The translations under genes were made by a program, and so were the position numbers. DNA of 64,000 nt, from assembly GCA_965208125.1 (NCBI GenBank), contig OZ242320.1, positions 4,192,001 through 4,256,000 on the forward strand, read 5' to 3'. The stretch is from Candidatus Latescibacterota bacterium (GTDB taxonomy: Bacteria; Latescibacterota; UBA2968). How positions within the stretch are numbered: position 1 is the stretch's first letter; every line of letters begins with the position of its first letter. Of the stretch, positions 19,074-28,003 are shown in pieces. The notes below the pieces were generated by a model, which ran no database searches, was not told where the DNA came from, and was given only the letters and a program-made list of their open reading frames with translations.

Positions 19074-19889
19074 ATGGGACAAGCATTGACAGAGCGCGAG
19101 ATCGAAGCCGTCGTCCGGGAGGTCACAGACGAAGAAGTGGCCTTCTACCAGGAATACGGGTGGGTCATGATGAAGCAACTCGTAGATCCGGAGTTTGTCA
19201 CGGAGCTTCTATCTGTCGGCCAGGATTGGCTGGACCGCTACGGCGAAGACAAGGGCGGCAGACGGGCTGTCGGTCTGGTACTGCAGGAAGAGGCTGAGCC
19301 GTTCCGCTCGTTCATGTTCAGTGAGCGCATGTCAAAAAACGCGATGCGACTCGTGAATAGGAAGCGGCTCAGGGGCGTGGATATCCCACTTCGCTATCGC
19401 GCTGATGTCCTCAGAGAAAAGCCCCCGGGGGCAGCCAGAACCCATTATCATCAGGACTCGGCTCAGCACGGTTCTGATCGCGTGGGCGAACTCCAGTTCT
19501 GGCTTGCGCTGGTGGAAGTGACACCGGAGATGAGCGCCATGCGATTTGTCAGTCGCTCACATCGCGAAGGGCCGCTCGGCTCGGTAGGCGGCGATGGCCA
19601 AGGCGACCTGCTCGAGCAATTTCCAAATCTGACGTCTGTGCTGGAGCTTTCTCCGCCGTTCCATTACCAGCCTGGTGACTGCACTGTGCATCACGGGTAC
19701 ACAATCCATGGCGCTCCGGTCAACAGCACCGACAAGTCGCGCTGGTCATACCTCTTCTCATACTCGCCTTCCGACACCCGATACTGGAACGGCACAGCGG
19801 ACAACTGGGGCAACGAGCGAAAGCATCTGAGTGACCGGGATAATCCAACGGTCTATTTTCCAATAGAAAGGAACAACAATGTCAATTGA
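19074..19889 (+). CDS. PhyH family dioxygenase, copy 2
   Basis: Close paralog of 16065-16859; HQD...TIHGA. Confidence 0.88.
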   Translation: MGQALTEREIEAVVREVTDEEVAFYQEYGWVMMKQLVDPEFVTELLSVGQDWLDRYGEDKGGRRAVGLVLQEEAEPFRSFMFSERMSKNAMRLVNRKRLRGVDIPLRYRADVLREKPPGAARTHYHQDSAQHGSDRVGELQFWLALVEVTPEMSAMRFVSRSHREGPLGSVGGDGQGDLLEQFPNLTSVLELSPPFHYQPGDCTVHHGYTIHGAPVNSTDKSRWSYLFSYSPSDTRYWNGTADNWGNERKHLSDRDNPTVYFPIERNNNVN

Positions 19890-19953
19890 GCAATTACAAG
19901 AAAATGGCCTAACCGGTCCTTTGAGATCCAAACCAGAGAGAGGTCAGTTATGA
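19879..19953 (+). pseudogene. Probable 5' stub of another gene (PhyH-like start)
   Basis: SD AAGGA then MSIEQLQENGLTGP..., stop overlapping the next ATG. Confidence 0.4.
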
Positions 19954-21083
19954 AACACAACGGTCCTGCCGAACTCACCCACGAGCAAAAACGAACTTTC
20001 TATCGGGATGGATTCATTATTCTCAAAAATATCGTACCCAAAGAGCTGACCCACCGTGCCCGACGACTGGTCAATATCACCGCAGGTCAAATTGTGAATG
20101 GTACGATGGATGCGCCCAAAAGAAGAAACCGCTTCGTCGGCAGCGAAGACATCATCACAGATCTCATTAACAAAACGGCACTAACCGAATTGCTCACCAA
20201 CACCATGGGGCCATTTGATCCTCCGACAAATGGCTTTGCGCCGATTCTGTATCCGCGCGAGCCAACCAGAGAAATCGGCATCCACGGCCTGCCGGATGAT
20301 GAAGTGCCCAATCATGCATTTTTCCCGCATCTGGACGGCCAGTGGACGGGCCCCATTCCCAAAGCGGCGGACGAAGTGGATGATTGGTACGCGCCCAAAA
20401 CACCGCACTTTGGTGATCGCAGTGCCAACGTGATCGGGATAAACGGTTCGCCTTTGTTTCAGGACCCGGATTGCACGCTCTCCCTCGGTAGCTTTACCAC
20501 ATTCGTCGGCGTGATCCTGAGCGACCAATCCAAATTTGGCTACGGCAACTTTGCCGTCCTCCGCGGTGCCCATCATCACACAGCGGAATTCTTTCGACGA
20601 CAACGCGCCCAGGGCGGCGTCATCGGCCCCGAAGGCCATGATTGGCCGCGTTTAAAACGCGTTGGCGATAAGGGGGTCGGCATTAATTACATGCCGGAAT
20701 GGATCGCTAATCATTATCGAGAAAGCGCGCAATACACGCCCGATGGCCTCATGTGGCCGGAGCCTACACCCTTGCTCGTTGAAGAGGGCGATGCCTTTAT
20801 TACGGCTCACGGCATCCCACATTGTGGCACCCGCAACGACCTGGGTGCCGATCCCCGCATCAGTGCCTATTTTCGGCTGCGTCGCCATCGCCCGGGAGGG
20901 GCAAAAGTGCGAGGAGACAGCGATCACCCCGACCGCGGTTGGGAAGGCGAGTTTCTCGAATATCCCGATGGTTATAATCCCTGGCAGGTCGCAATCGATA
21001 AATTGTGCGATCCCTGGAGTGAATGGGACGGCATGCAGGAAGTCGTTGCCGAGGCAAGGGGTTTGGGAGATCAAAATAACTAA
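19950..21083 (+). CDS. Divergent PhyH family dioxygenase
   Basis: FYRDGFIIL, HLDG, GNFAVLRGAH, IPHCG..N...PR. Confidence 0.75.
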   Translation: MKHNGPAELTHEQKRTFYRDGFIILKNIVPKELTHRARRLVNITAGQIVNGTMDAPKRRNRFVGSEDIITDLINKTALTELLTNTMGPFDPPTNGFAPILYPREPTREIGIHGLPDDEVPNHAFFPHLDGQWTGPIPKAADEVDDWYAPKTPHFGDRSANVIGINGSPLFQDPDCTLSLGSFTTFVGVILSDQSKFGYGNFAVLRGAHHHTAEFFRRQRAQGGVIGPEGHDWPRLKRVGDKGVGINYMPEWIANHYRESAQYTPDGLMWPEPTPLLVEEGDAFITAHGIPHCGTRNDLGADPRISAYFRLRRHRPGGAKVRGDSDHPDRGWEGEFLEYPDGYNPWQVAIDKLCDPWSEWDGMQEVVAEARGLGDQNN

Positions 21084-21105
21084 CTGTGCGACAAAGGAGT
21101 GCCAC

Positions 21106-22290
21106 ATGCCCCCAACTCAGAAATTTGAAGAGCGCGTCGTTCGCGTGGAGAAACCTTCCGCTCATTTCACGCTGTTGAGAAACGAAAAGGGTGATTTTCT
21201 GGGCGTATCGGAAGGCAAGATATCCGTCTTTGACCACGCCGACGACAAAGCGATCTGGAAAGAAGAAGGCGACACCTATTGCCATGTGGTGTCAGGGGTG
21301 ACTCTCGATGTGTCTGCCGCGAATAACGAAGGTGTGCATCTCGCCCTGAATGGAAAATCACTGGGCGAAGACGGCTCCGAATCGTCCGTACCGGGGCGTT
21401 TTCAGCCGGGTCACGGTCCTGCCCATCTTCCGTCCGAATACCTCCAGCAAATCCGCGAGAACGGATGGGTCTGCCTTCCGAGCATCCTGTCGCCCCACGC
21501 GATCAAAGAACTGCAAAGGGTGAGTTGCACTGGCAAGTGGGACCATGAAGAATTAGACAGAAGCCTGCCGACCCTCACGCAGTCTGTGGAAGTGTCGAGA
21601 GCCGCAACCGAGCCTGTATCTCTCTGGGTGATGCGGGAGTATATGCAGTGTCGGGAAATTCGGCTGGCTCACAGGCCCGGTTTCGCCGTCGTGGCTCCGG
21701 ACGACGGTGAACGCCAAGTGGGGGGGTGGCATTCGGATTATCCCTACCTCTGGGGGATCGCCAGGAATTCCTCCGATGGTAATCGGATCGTACCGCACAA
21801 TGCGCTAAATCTCGTTCTTGGCGTTCAGCGAAATTTATGTGTGACCGAATTTAAGAGTGAAAATGGCGCAACCTGTTTCAAACTCGGATCGCATACGTTT
21901 GGGCAAGGACCTCCTCCAGAATGGGGGAGTGGGAATACGTACAGGGAGGAGGGATCTCGCCAGGCAAAAGGCCTCCCTTATACAGGCTCCGAGGCAGATG
22001 TCGTTGAGGCGCCGGCGGGCAGCTACGTCATCTATGATGCCCGAACCTGGCATCGGGCAGGCGTGAACCGCACGGACAAAAAGCGGGCGGCGATGCTTCA
22101 GTCAGTCGTTCCCATGTATATCATGCCTTTTATGGAGACCGCTCGTCCCTACAAGGAATTCCTTGCGAGCCCTCTGGCGAGTCAACTTACGGAGCGGGAG
22201 CATATCGAGCTGGAATCCCTTCTGGTAAGCCGAATTGATGGGCCTCAAGGGCGTTTGGCGATCACTATGGATGAGGAGCTTTCCAGATGA
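21106..22290 (+). CDS. PhyH family dioxygenase with extra N-terminal domain
   Basis: About 110-aa beta-rich N-terminus, then RENGWVCL, WHSD, ENGAT..LGSH, TWHRAGVN..KR; SD AAGGAG. Confidence 0.8.
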   Translation: MPPTQKFEERVVRVEKPSAHFTLLRNEKGDFLGVSEGKISVFDHADDKAIWKEEGDTYCHVVSGVTLDVSAANNEGVHLALNGKSLGEDGSESSVPGRFQPGHGPAHLPSEYLQQIRENGWVCLPSILSPHAIKELQRVSCTGKWDHEELDRSLPTLTQSVEVSRAATEPVSLWVMREYMQCREIRLAHRPGFAVVAPDDGERQVGGWHSDYPYLWGIARNSSDGNRIVPHNALNLVLGVQRNLCVTEFKSENGATCFKLGSHTFGQGPPPEWGSGNTYREEGSRQAKGLPYTGSEADVVEAPAGSYVIYDARTWHRAGVNRTDKKRAAMLQSVVPMYIMPFMETARPYKEFLASPLASQLTEREHIELESLLVSRIDGPQGRLAITMDEELSR

Positions 22291-23051
22291 ACGAATACAA
22301 GACGCATTTTGATACCCCGGAAGATGCCTACTTCGGCTTTTTTGAAGCCGATGCATCCCAAAATGGAGATGCCTGGGCTGCCGTGATGAGCTATCCCCAT
22401 GTCCGCGTTGACGCATCGGGGCGGACCGCCTACTACGACACGGCACGGGACTACGCGGATAATGCCGACTGGACGTCGAGAGTAGCCACGGGTTGGGTCC
22501 TGACGAGGGGGCGAGACCCCGTCCGGCTGCACGAATCTCCCAACAAGGTCCACCTGGTAGGCGGGTGGACGCGATACAATGCAGACGATGATCCCATTCT
22601 GTGGAACCGCGTCACTTATATTGTCACCAAACCCGCTGATTCGTGGGGGATCCAGGCGCGGTTTGCGCTCGGTACTTATTACGACGGGAGGGACGACGAA
22701 ACAGCTATCGCCCAGGCTACCGAGACAGCAATTAATCAGGTGCGACGCTATTGCGATGCACTGGACAAAAGCGATGGCGATGCCTGCGCCAGCCTCTGTC
22801 GTTTTCCGCTGATTGAGGTCGGCGTTGGTGCGGTGACACGGATCGAAGATGGCACCAAACTGGCGCAACAGGTCAACGAAAGAACCACATCGGTCAGCAA
22901 TAGAGAAGTCGAGGCAGCACAATCTGGTCCTGAAGGCGTCCTTGTGGCAGTGACTGCTGACGATGTCTCTGGCAACAGTGAGGAATCCATCGTGGTGGTC
23001 AGCAGATCGGCTGACGCATGGCAGATCGCTGGCATTTCGAGAATGCTGTAA
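22287..23051 (+). CDS. Hypothetical protein, possibly tandem NTF2/SnoaL-like domains
   Basis: Two similar halves (YF.FFEA..D.DAWA.V..YPHV / Y.DALD..D.DACA.L..FPLI), each ending W.I. Confidence 0.5.
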   Translation: MNEYKTHFDTPEDAYFGFFEADASQNGDAWAAVMSYPHVRVDASGRTAYYDTARDYADNADWTSRVATGWVLTRGRDPVRLHESPNKVHLVGGWTRYNADDDPILWNRVTYIVTKPADSWGIQARFALGTYYDGRDDETAIAQATETAINQVRRYCDALDKSDGDACASLCRFPLIEVGVGAVTRIEDGTKLAQQVNERTTSVSNREVEAAQSGPEGVLVAVTADDVSGNSEESIVVVSRSADAWQIAGISRML

Positions 23052-23075
23052 AGCCCCGACACAAGGAGGAATATC

Positions 23076-24230
23076 TTGAAGATTACATCGGTAAAAGCAG
23101 TTCCCGCATCATCTTCACCGCAAGGCCGCCCGCCACGCAACTACATGTTTGTGAAGATTGAAACCGATGAGGGCATCACAGGCTGGGGGGAGGCGACCGC
23201 CGGTCCGCTTAGCGTTGCTACCCAGATCGACGAGGTCGGTCAGGTGCTGGTGGGCGAAGATCCCTGGCAGATCGAGAAACACTGGCAGACACTCTACCAT
23301 CACTTTTTTGTGCGGGGCGGTGTCGTGCAGATGTCAGCCATAAGCGGCATAGAAATCGCCCTGTGGGACATCAAAGGCCAGGCCGTGGGACTGCCCATAT
23401 ACGAAATGCTGGGCGGAAAGATGAGAGATCGGATCTGGTGCTATGGCAGGTGGGATGGGCCGACACCCGAAGGGGCTGCTGAAACTGCGATGAACAACGT
23501 ATCAAATGGATTGACGGCGCTCAAGGGGGACCCGTTTGACCATTGCGGGCTGTTTATTCCGGCAGAAGCCGAACGTGTCGCCATCAAAAAACTGGAAGCT
23601 GTTCGCAAAGCAGTGGGTGACGATGTTGAGTTGCTCGTTGAAGTACATGGACGGCTTGCCCCGGCAGACGCCATCCGCATCGGCAATGCGATGGCCGACT
23701 GTCGGCCCTTTGTGTACGAAGAACCTGTGCCACCAACAAACCTCGACGCGATGCAACGGGTTGCCGAGGCCGTAAGCATCCCACTGGCGACTGGCGAGCG
23801 GCTTTACACGAAGTGGGAATTTACCGACTTGCTGAGCCGACAAATTGTGAAGATGATTCAACCCGACATTGTTCAGGGGGGCGGTATATTGGAGTTGAAG
23901 AAGATTGCGGCGATGGCAGAAGCCCATTATGTCGGTTTCCAACCGCACAATCCCTACGGCCCGCTGTGCACGATCGCGTCTTTGCACCTCGACGCGTGCA
24001 CTCCAAATTTTATGATTCAGGAAGGCGGAATCAGCCCGTGGTTTCAAGACGCTTGCACAGGCGACTTCCCGGTTCAGAAGGACGGCTTTCTGCCAATCCC
24101 GGCCGGCCCTGGGCTGGGCGTGGCCATGAACGAAGCGTGGCTCAAGGCAAATCCCTGGCGTGATGACGCAAATATTTGGCGGCCCCGTCCAGGTACGATC
24201 GCATCATTGCAAGATACAAAATGGGTCTAA
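23076..24230 (+). CDS. Mandelate racemase/galactonate dehydratase-like enolase superfamily enzyme
   Basis: ETDEGITGWGE, ALWDIKG, EVHGR, EEP, ATGE, QPD, PHNP. Confidence 0.88.
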   Translation: MKITSVKAVPASSSPQGRPPRNYMFVKIETDEGITGWGEATAGPLSVATQIDEVGQVLVGEDPWQIEKHWQTLYHHFFVRGGVVQMSAISGIEIALWDIKGQAVGLPIYEMLGGKMRDRIWCYGRWDGPTPEGAAETAMNNVSNGLTALKGDPFDHCGLFIPAEAERVAIKKLEAVRKAVGDDVELLVEVHGRLAPADAIRIGNAMADCRPFVYEEPVPPTNLDAMQRVAEAVSIPLATGERLYTKWEFTDLLSRQIVKMIQPDIVQGGGILELKKIAAMAEAHYVGFQPHNPYGPLCTIASLHLDACTPNFMIQEGGISPWFQDACTGDFPVQKDGFLPIPAGPGLGVAMNEAWLKANPWRDDANIWRPRPGTIASLQDTKWV

Positions 24231-24260
24231 TCATCAGCACCAAGTATAGGAGAGACGTCT

Positions 24261-25667
24261 ATGCCACAACCGACTCAACAGCCCAATATCCTGTTTGTGT
24301 TTTCCGACCAGCAGCGTGCATCGGCAATGGGTTGCTACTACGGCGATGAAGATCTGGAGACACCGCACTTCGACGCATTCGCCAGGCAGGGAATGAAATT
24401 GGAAAGTGCCGTGTCAACGACCCCGCTTTGTTGCCCCTACAGGGCCATATTGATGACGGGATTACACGGCCATCGCCTGGGGATAACGACCAACGGGTAT
24501 CATCCGGATCTAAGTGAATATGCCCACATCGGCAAGGCTTTCAAAAACGCAGGGTACCGCTGTGGTTATATCGGCAAATGGCATTTAGGAGATGTACAAC
24601 TCGATTCGGGTCATCCGATGCGTCTGGGATTCGACGATGAATGGTTTGTACCTCTGGTATCGAGTCACGCGAGTCCCAATCGAAACTATGCGGTGAACAG
24701 CACTGAGACTGTGGTTGGAGAAGGGTTCGACAAGCCGCAGATCGAGGCCAACAGGGCCATTGAGTTCATTCGAGGACAGGACGGTGGGGCGCCCTGGTGC
24801 CTGTTTCTTTCATGGTATCCCCCTCATCCCCCACTGGTATCTCCAGAGGTATATCTCGAAAAATATCGGGGACGGGACCTGAAGTTTCATCCCAATGTGA
24901 AGACCGTAGATGCAGAGGCGCTCAATCGCTTTCAGGACCATTATGCACATTATTACGGTCTCGTAACGGGCCTGGATACTGAGTGGGAACGCTTGATGCA
25001 GGCCCTGGAAGACAGTGGTCAGGCGGAAAACACCATTGTGGTGTACACCTCGGATCACGGTGAAATGCTAAACAGCCAGGGCTGGCGAGGCAAACGATGG
25101 CCTCATCGCGAATCCACCCAGGTTCCTTTTCTGATTCGATGGCCAGGCAAGATTGAAGCCAACGCCACACTGGACATGCCTTTTGGTACGCCAGACATTT
25201 TTCCCACGCTATGTGGACTCGCAGGGATCAATGTGCCATCGGGGTTGGACGGGGCCGATCTGTCCGGCGTCATCCTCGGTAGCGATTCCAATGGGCACCA
25301 GCAAGAGTACGCCTATATGGAGATGCACCACGGCTTCATTCCGTGGCCCGGCTGGCGCGGGATTCGCACAGCGAAGTACAATTACGCGCGAATGGAGGAA
25401 GGACCATGGGTGTGTTTCGATCTTGAAAACGATCCCTACGAACAGAACAACCTGGTCGAAGAGAATGGCGCGATCGTGTCGGAACTGGATGGGCTTCTTG
25501 TAGATGCGATGAAAAAAGCGGGCGATTCCTGGCGCGATGTCGGCAGGGAAGTAGGCGATTGGCAGGAGTGGCACGGCAATAAACAGATTGGGCAACTCGG
25601 ATTGGATGCTGAATACCCGGGTTCCGAGGCCATTCGAATCTGGGCAGAACGGAACAATCTTGTGTAG
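24261..25667 (+). CDS. Sulfatase
   Basis: PNILFVFSDQ, CCPYR, GKWHL, TSDHGE. Confidence 0.9.
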   Translation: MPQPTQQPNILFVFSDQQRASAMGCYYGDEDLETPHFDAFARQGMKLESAVSTTPLCCPYRAILMTGLHGHRLGITTNGYHPDLSEYAHIGKAFKNAGYRCGYIGKWHLGDVQLDSGHPMRLGFDDEWFVPLVSSHASPNRNYAVNSTETVVGEGFDKPQIEANRAIEFIRGQDGGAPWCLFLSWYPPHPPLVSPEVYLEKYRGRDLKFHPNVKTVDAEALNRFQDHYAHYYGLVTGLDTEWERLMQALEDSGQAENTIVVYTSDHGEMLNSQGWRGKRWPHRESTQVPFLIRWPGKIEANATLDMPFGTPDIFPTLCGLAGINVPSGLDGADLSGVILGSDSNGHQQEYAYMEMHHGFIPWPGWRGIRTAKYNYARMEEGPWVCFDLENDPYEQNNLVEENGAIVSELDGLLVDAMKKAGDSWRDVGREVGDWQEWHGNKQIGQLGLDAEYPGSEAIRIWAERNNLV

Positions 25668-25670
25668 CGA

Positions 25671-25769
25671 GCGGCGACTATCGAGTACGAGCCCGGTCGT
25701 CTCTTCGTCATTTACTGGGGACATGAGCCTGGCGAGGTGAGTTGTATCCAGGGGGTTAGTCTAACATAA
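25671..25769 (+). pseudogene. 3' remnant of a gene, possibly BNR/sialidase-like
   Basis: Open frame with no start, ATIEYEPGRLFVIYWGHEPGEVSCIQGVSLT-stop, ending at the SD of the next gene. Confidence 0.4.
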
Positions 25770-25780
25770 AAGGAATTGAA

Positions 25781-27028
25781 ATGAATCGCTCTGTTCTGGA
25801 CTGGCCAACAGGTGTTACCGTCTATCACCCTGACCGATGTTACAACGGGTACACGCTCGTTCACGGGCGAGGGCCCTGGGATCCCGTGCGTGGCATCTCG
25901 GCTGAACAGGTTGATCGATGGCACTTGATAGACATGGAAGGTCAGGTGGTTCACGAGTTCTACGGAAATCCGGCGACGCAGCGCGGCTCTCAGCTATTTG
26001 AACGCGTTGCAAACGGCCACTATATCAGCAATGGGGCCTCGATCACAGAACAAGACTGGGATGGAGATATTGTCTGGTCTCTGTCCTCGGACTTCCGCAA
26101 GGATGCACGACCAACGGGTTTCCATCACGACATCCAGAAGACTTCTGAACACACCTATCTCGCTATGGTCGCGGATCGCATCGATGCCCCCCGGGTATCG
26201 CGCGTCACACTCAAAGACGATCACATCATGGAAATAACTTCGGAGGGCGAGATCGTCTGGGAATGGTGGGGGCATCACCACCTACAAGAATTCGAATTCA
26301 GCGATCGTGCGAAGCAGATCATATTTGAAACTGGCGGGGGACAACAGCCGGGACAGGAAGGAGACTGGCTCCATCTGAATACGCTTCACACACTTCCCGA
26401 CAATCCCCTATATGATGAGGGCGACACGAGATTCAAGCCGGGAAATATTCTCAGCTGTTCCAGAAATGGGAATCTGATATTTATCATCGAGAAATCGACT
26501 GGAAATATCGTCTGGAAGTGGGGCTATTTGGATCAGATGGAAACCATGTGGTTAAACGGGACCGAAGGGCAGAATCAATACCTGGTAGGTCCACACGATC
26601 CCAAAATGCTGCACAACGGAAATATTCTGATCTACGACAATGGAGGCGGTACGGGTTATCCTCCGATTAATCGATTCTACACCCGGCTTGTAGAAATCGA
26701 TCCCGTGAGCGGAGAAGTCGTATGGGAATATGCTGCGGGTCCTCAGGCCAGCAAATTTCTGAGCATTGTTACAGGCGGTGTACAGCGTCTCCCGAATGGG
26801 AACACGCTGAGTCTGGACACGGACAAGGGACGGATTTTCGAAGTGACCTGGGAAGGTGAAATCGTGTGGGAATACATCAACCCGAGAGGCGGATTCTACA
26901 GAACCCAGCGCATTGCCTACCCCGATTGCCCACTGGACCCTCCTGACCCGCAGCCCGCAGACCTCCCGGTTCCCGACCACCTCGGCCTGCCTGTATCAGA
27001 CACCCTGGATTACTGCCCCTCCCTCTAA
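25781..27028 (+). CDS. Arylsulfotransferase (ASST family)
   Basis: HHD, DWLHLN, PHDPK..NGNILIYDNG, VQRLPNGNTL, GEIVWEY propeller repeats. Confidence 0.85.
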   Translation: MNRSVLDWPTGVTVYHPDRCYNGYTLVHGRGPWDPVRGISAEQVDRWHLIDMEGQVVHEFYGNPATQRGSQLFERVANGHYISNGASITEQDWDGDIVWSLSSDFRKDARPTGFHHDIQKTSEHTYLAMVADRIDAPRVSRVTLKDDHIMEITSEGEIVWEWWGHHHLQEFEFSDRAKQIIFETGGGQQPGQEGDWLHLNTLHTLPDNPLYDEGDTRFKPGNILSCSRNGNLIFIIEKSTGNIVWKWGYLDQMETMWLNGTEGQNQYLVGPHDPKMLHNGNILIYDNGGGTGYPPINRFYTRLVEIDPVSGEVVWEYAAGPQASKFLSIVTGGVQRLPNGNTLSLDTDKGRIFEVTWEGEIVWEYINPRGGFYRTQRIAYPDCPLDPPDPQPADLPVPDHLGLPVSDTLDYCPSL

Positions 27029-27063
27029 AATTCGATGTCACCCTTCATCCCGACTACAGGATT

Positions 27064-27996
27064 ATGCCCATGTCCGATTACACGTTTAAACTCGCCATGT
27101 TCACGACCGAACTGAGACTGCCCTATGACCGGGCATTTCCCAAAGCGAAAGAGATCGGCGCAGACCGCCTCTGGTACGCGCCTTCGGCGGACGACCTTCC
27201 GTTTGAAGCCATGACCGACGCGGATATGGACCGCATCGGCGCGTGCGCCGAGCAGCATCAAACGGAGATCTTCCTGCTCTGCGGAGGCCGTAAGTTTAAA
27301 ACCGTGCATCTCAGCGATCTGGATCTGGACGATATGGCCGAACACCCCGAATTCCGGGAAGCCCGAGAGGAACTGACCGCCGCCATGAAGATGGCCGCGC
27401 GGCTCAAAATTCCGGCAGTTGCCACGTTTACATTCGCCTGGCCGGGTGAATATACTGCCGGTAAGCCGACCTGGCCCATGCGATGGATGACCCGCGGCGG
27501 CGTCATTTCCGATCTGGATATGGACAAACTGGTCCGGGCGTTTACGCTGCTGGTCGAAGACGCTGACCGCTACGATGTGGATCTGCCGCTGTGCATGATG
27601 CCGTGGAATTACACGAATACCACGGAACACATGCGGCAGGTGATCGAGGCGGTCGGTTCACCTCGCCTGAAAACGGTCTGGGGGCCAGCGGATACCATGA
27701 ATTGCGGCGAATCGGACACCGCTACCCGCGGATTTCAGAATGTCCGTCCGTATCTTCATACGCTCCACATAAAAGATCTGCAAGTCATAGACGGTCTGAA
27801 ATGTGAGTTTGAATACTGTCCCATCGGCGAAGGAGACGTGGATTTTCCGACGGTACTGCGGAACCTGCGCGATTATCAGATCGACGCGGTGATATCCATC
27901 GCCACCCACTTCAAGCCGGAAAGCGGATCGGCGGAAGAAGCGATGCGTATCAACTTTGCCAATATGAAAGCGTTGATCGGTGGGGTAGGGGACTGA
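27064..27996 (+). CDS. Sugar phosphate isomerase/epimerase family TIM barrel
   Basis: LHIKD, PIGEGDVDF motifs. Confidence 0.75.
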   Translation: MPMSDYTFKLAMFTTELRLPYDRAFPKAKEIGADRLWYAPSADDLPFEAMTDADMDRIGACAEQHQTEIFLLCGGRKFKTVHLSDLDLDDMAEHPEFREAREELTAAMKMAARLKIPAVATFTFAWPGEYTAGKPTWPMRWMTRGGVISDLDMDKLVRAFTLLVEDADRYDVDLPLCMMPWNYTNTTEHMRQVIEAVGSPRLKTVWGPADTMNCGESDTATRGFQNVRPYLHTLHIKDLQVIDGLKCEFEYCPIGEGDVDFPTVLRNLRDYQIDAVISIATHFKPESGSAEEAMRINFANMKALIGGVGD

Positions 27997-28003
27997 TTCT
28001 CGA

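Noticed and set aside
16040-19860. Diversity-generating retroelement TR/VR pair
   Set aside because: Differences are not adenine-specific, the repeat spans a whole gene, and no reverse transcriptase is in the window
20662-21105. Long N-terminal extensions in the ORF track (also 15930, 17563, 40559, 58974)
   Set aside because: They overlap upstream genes or lack an SD; better starts with SD lie downstream
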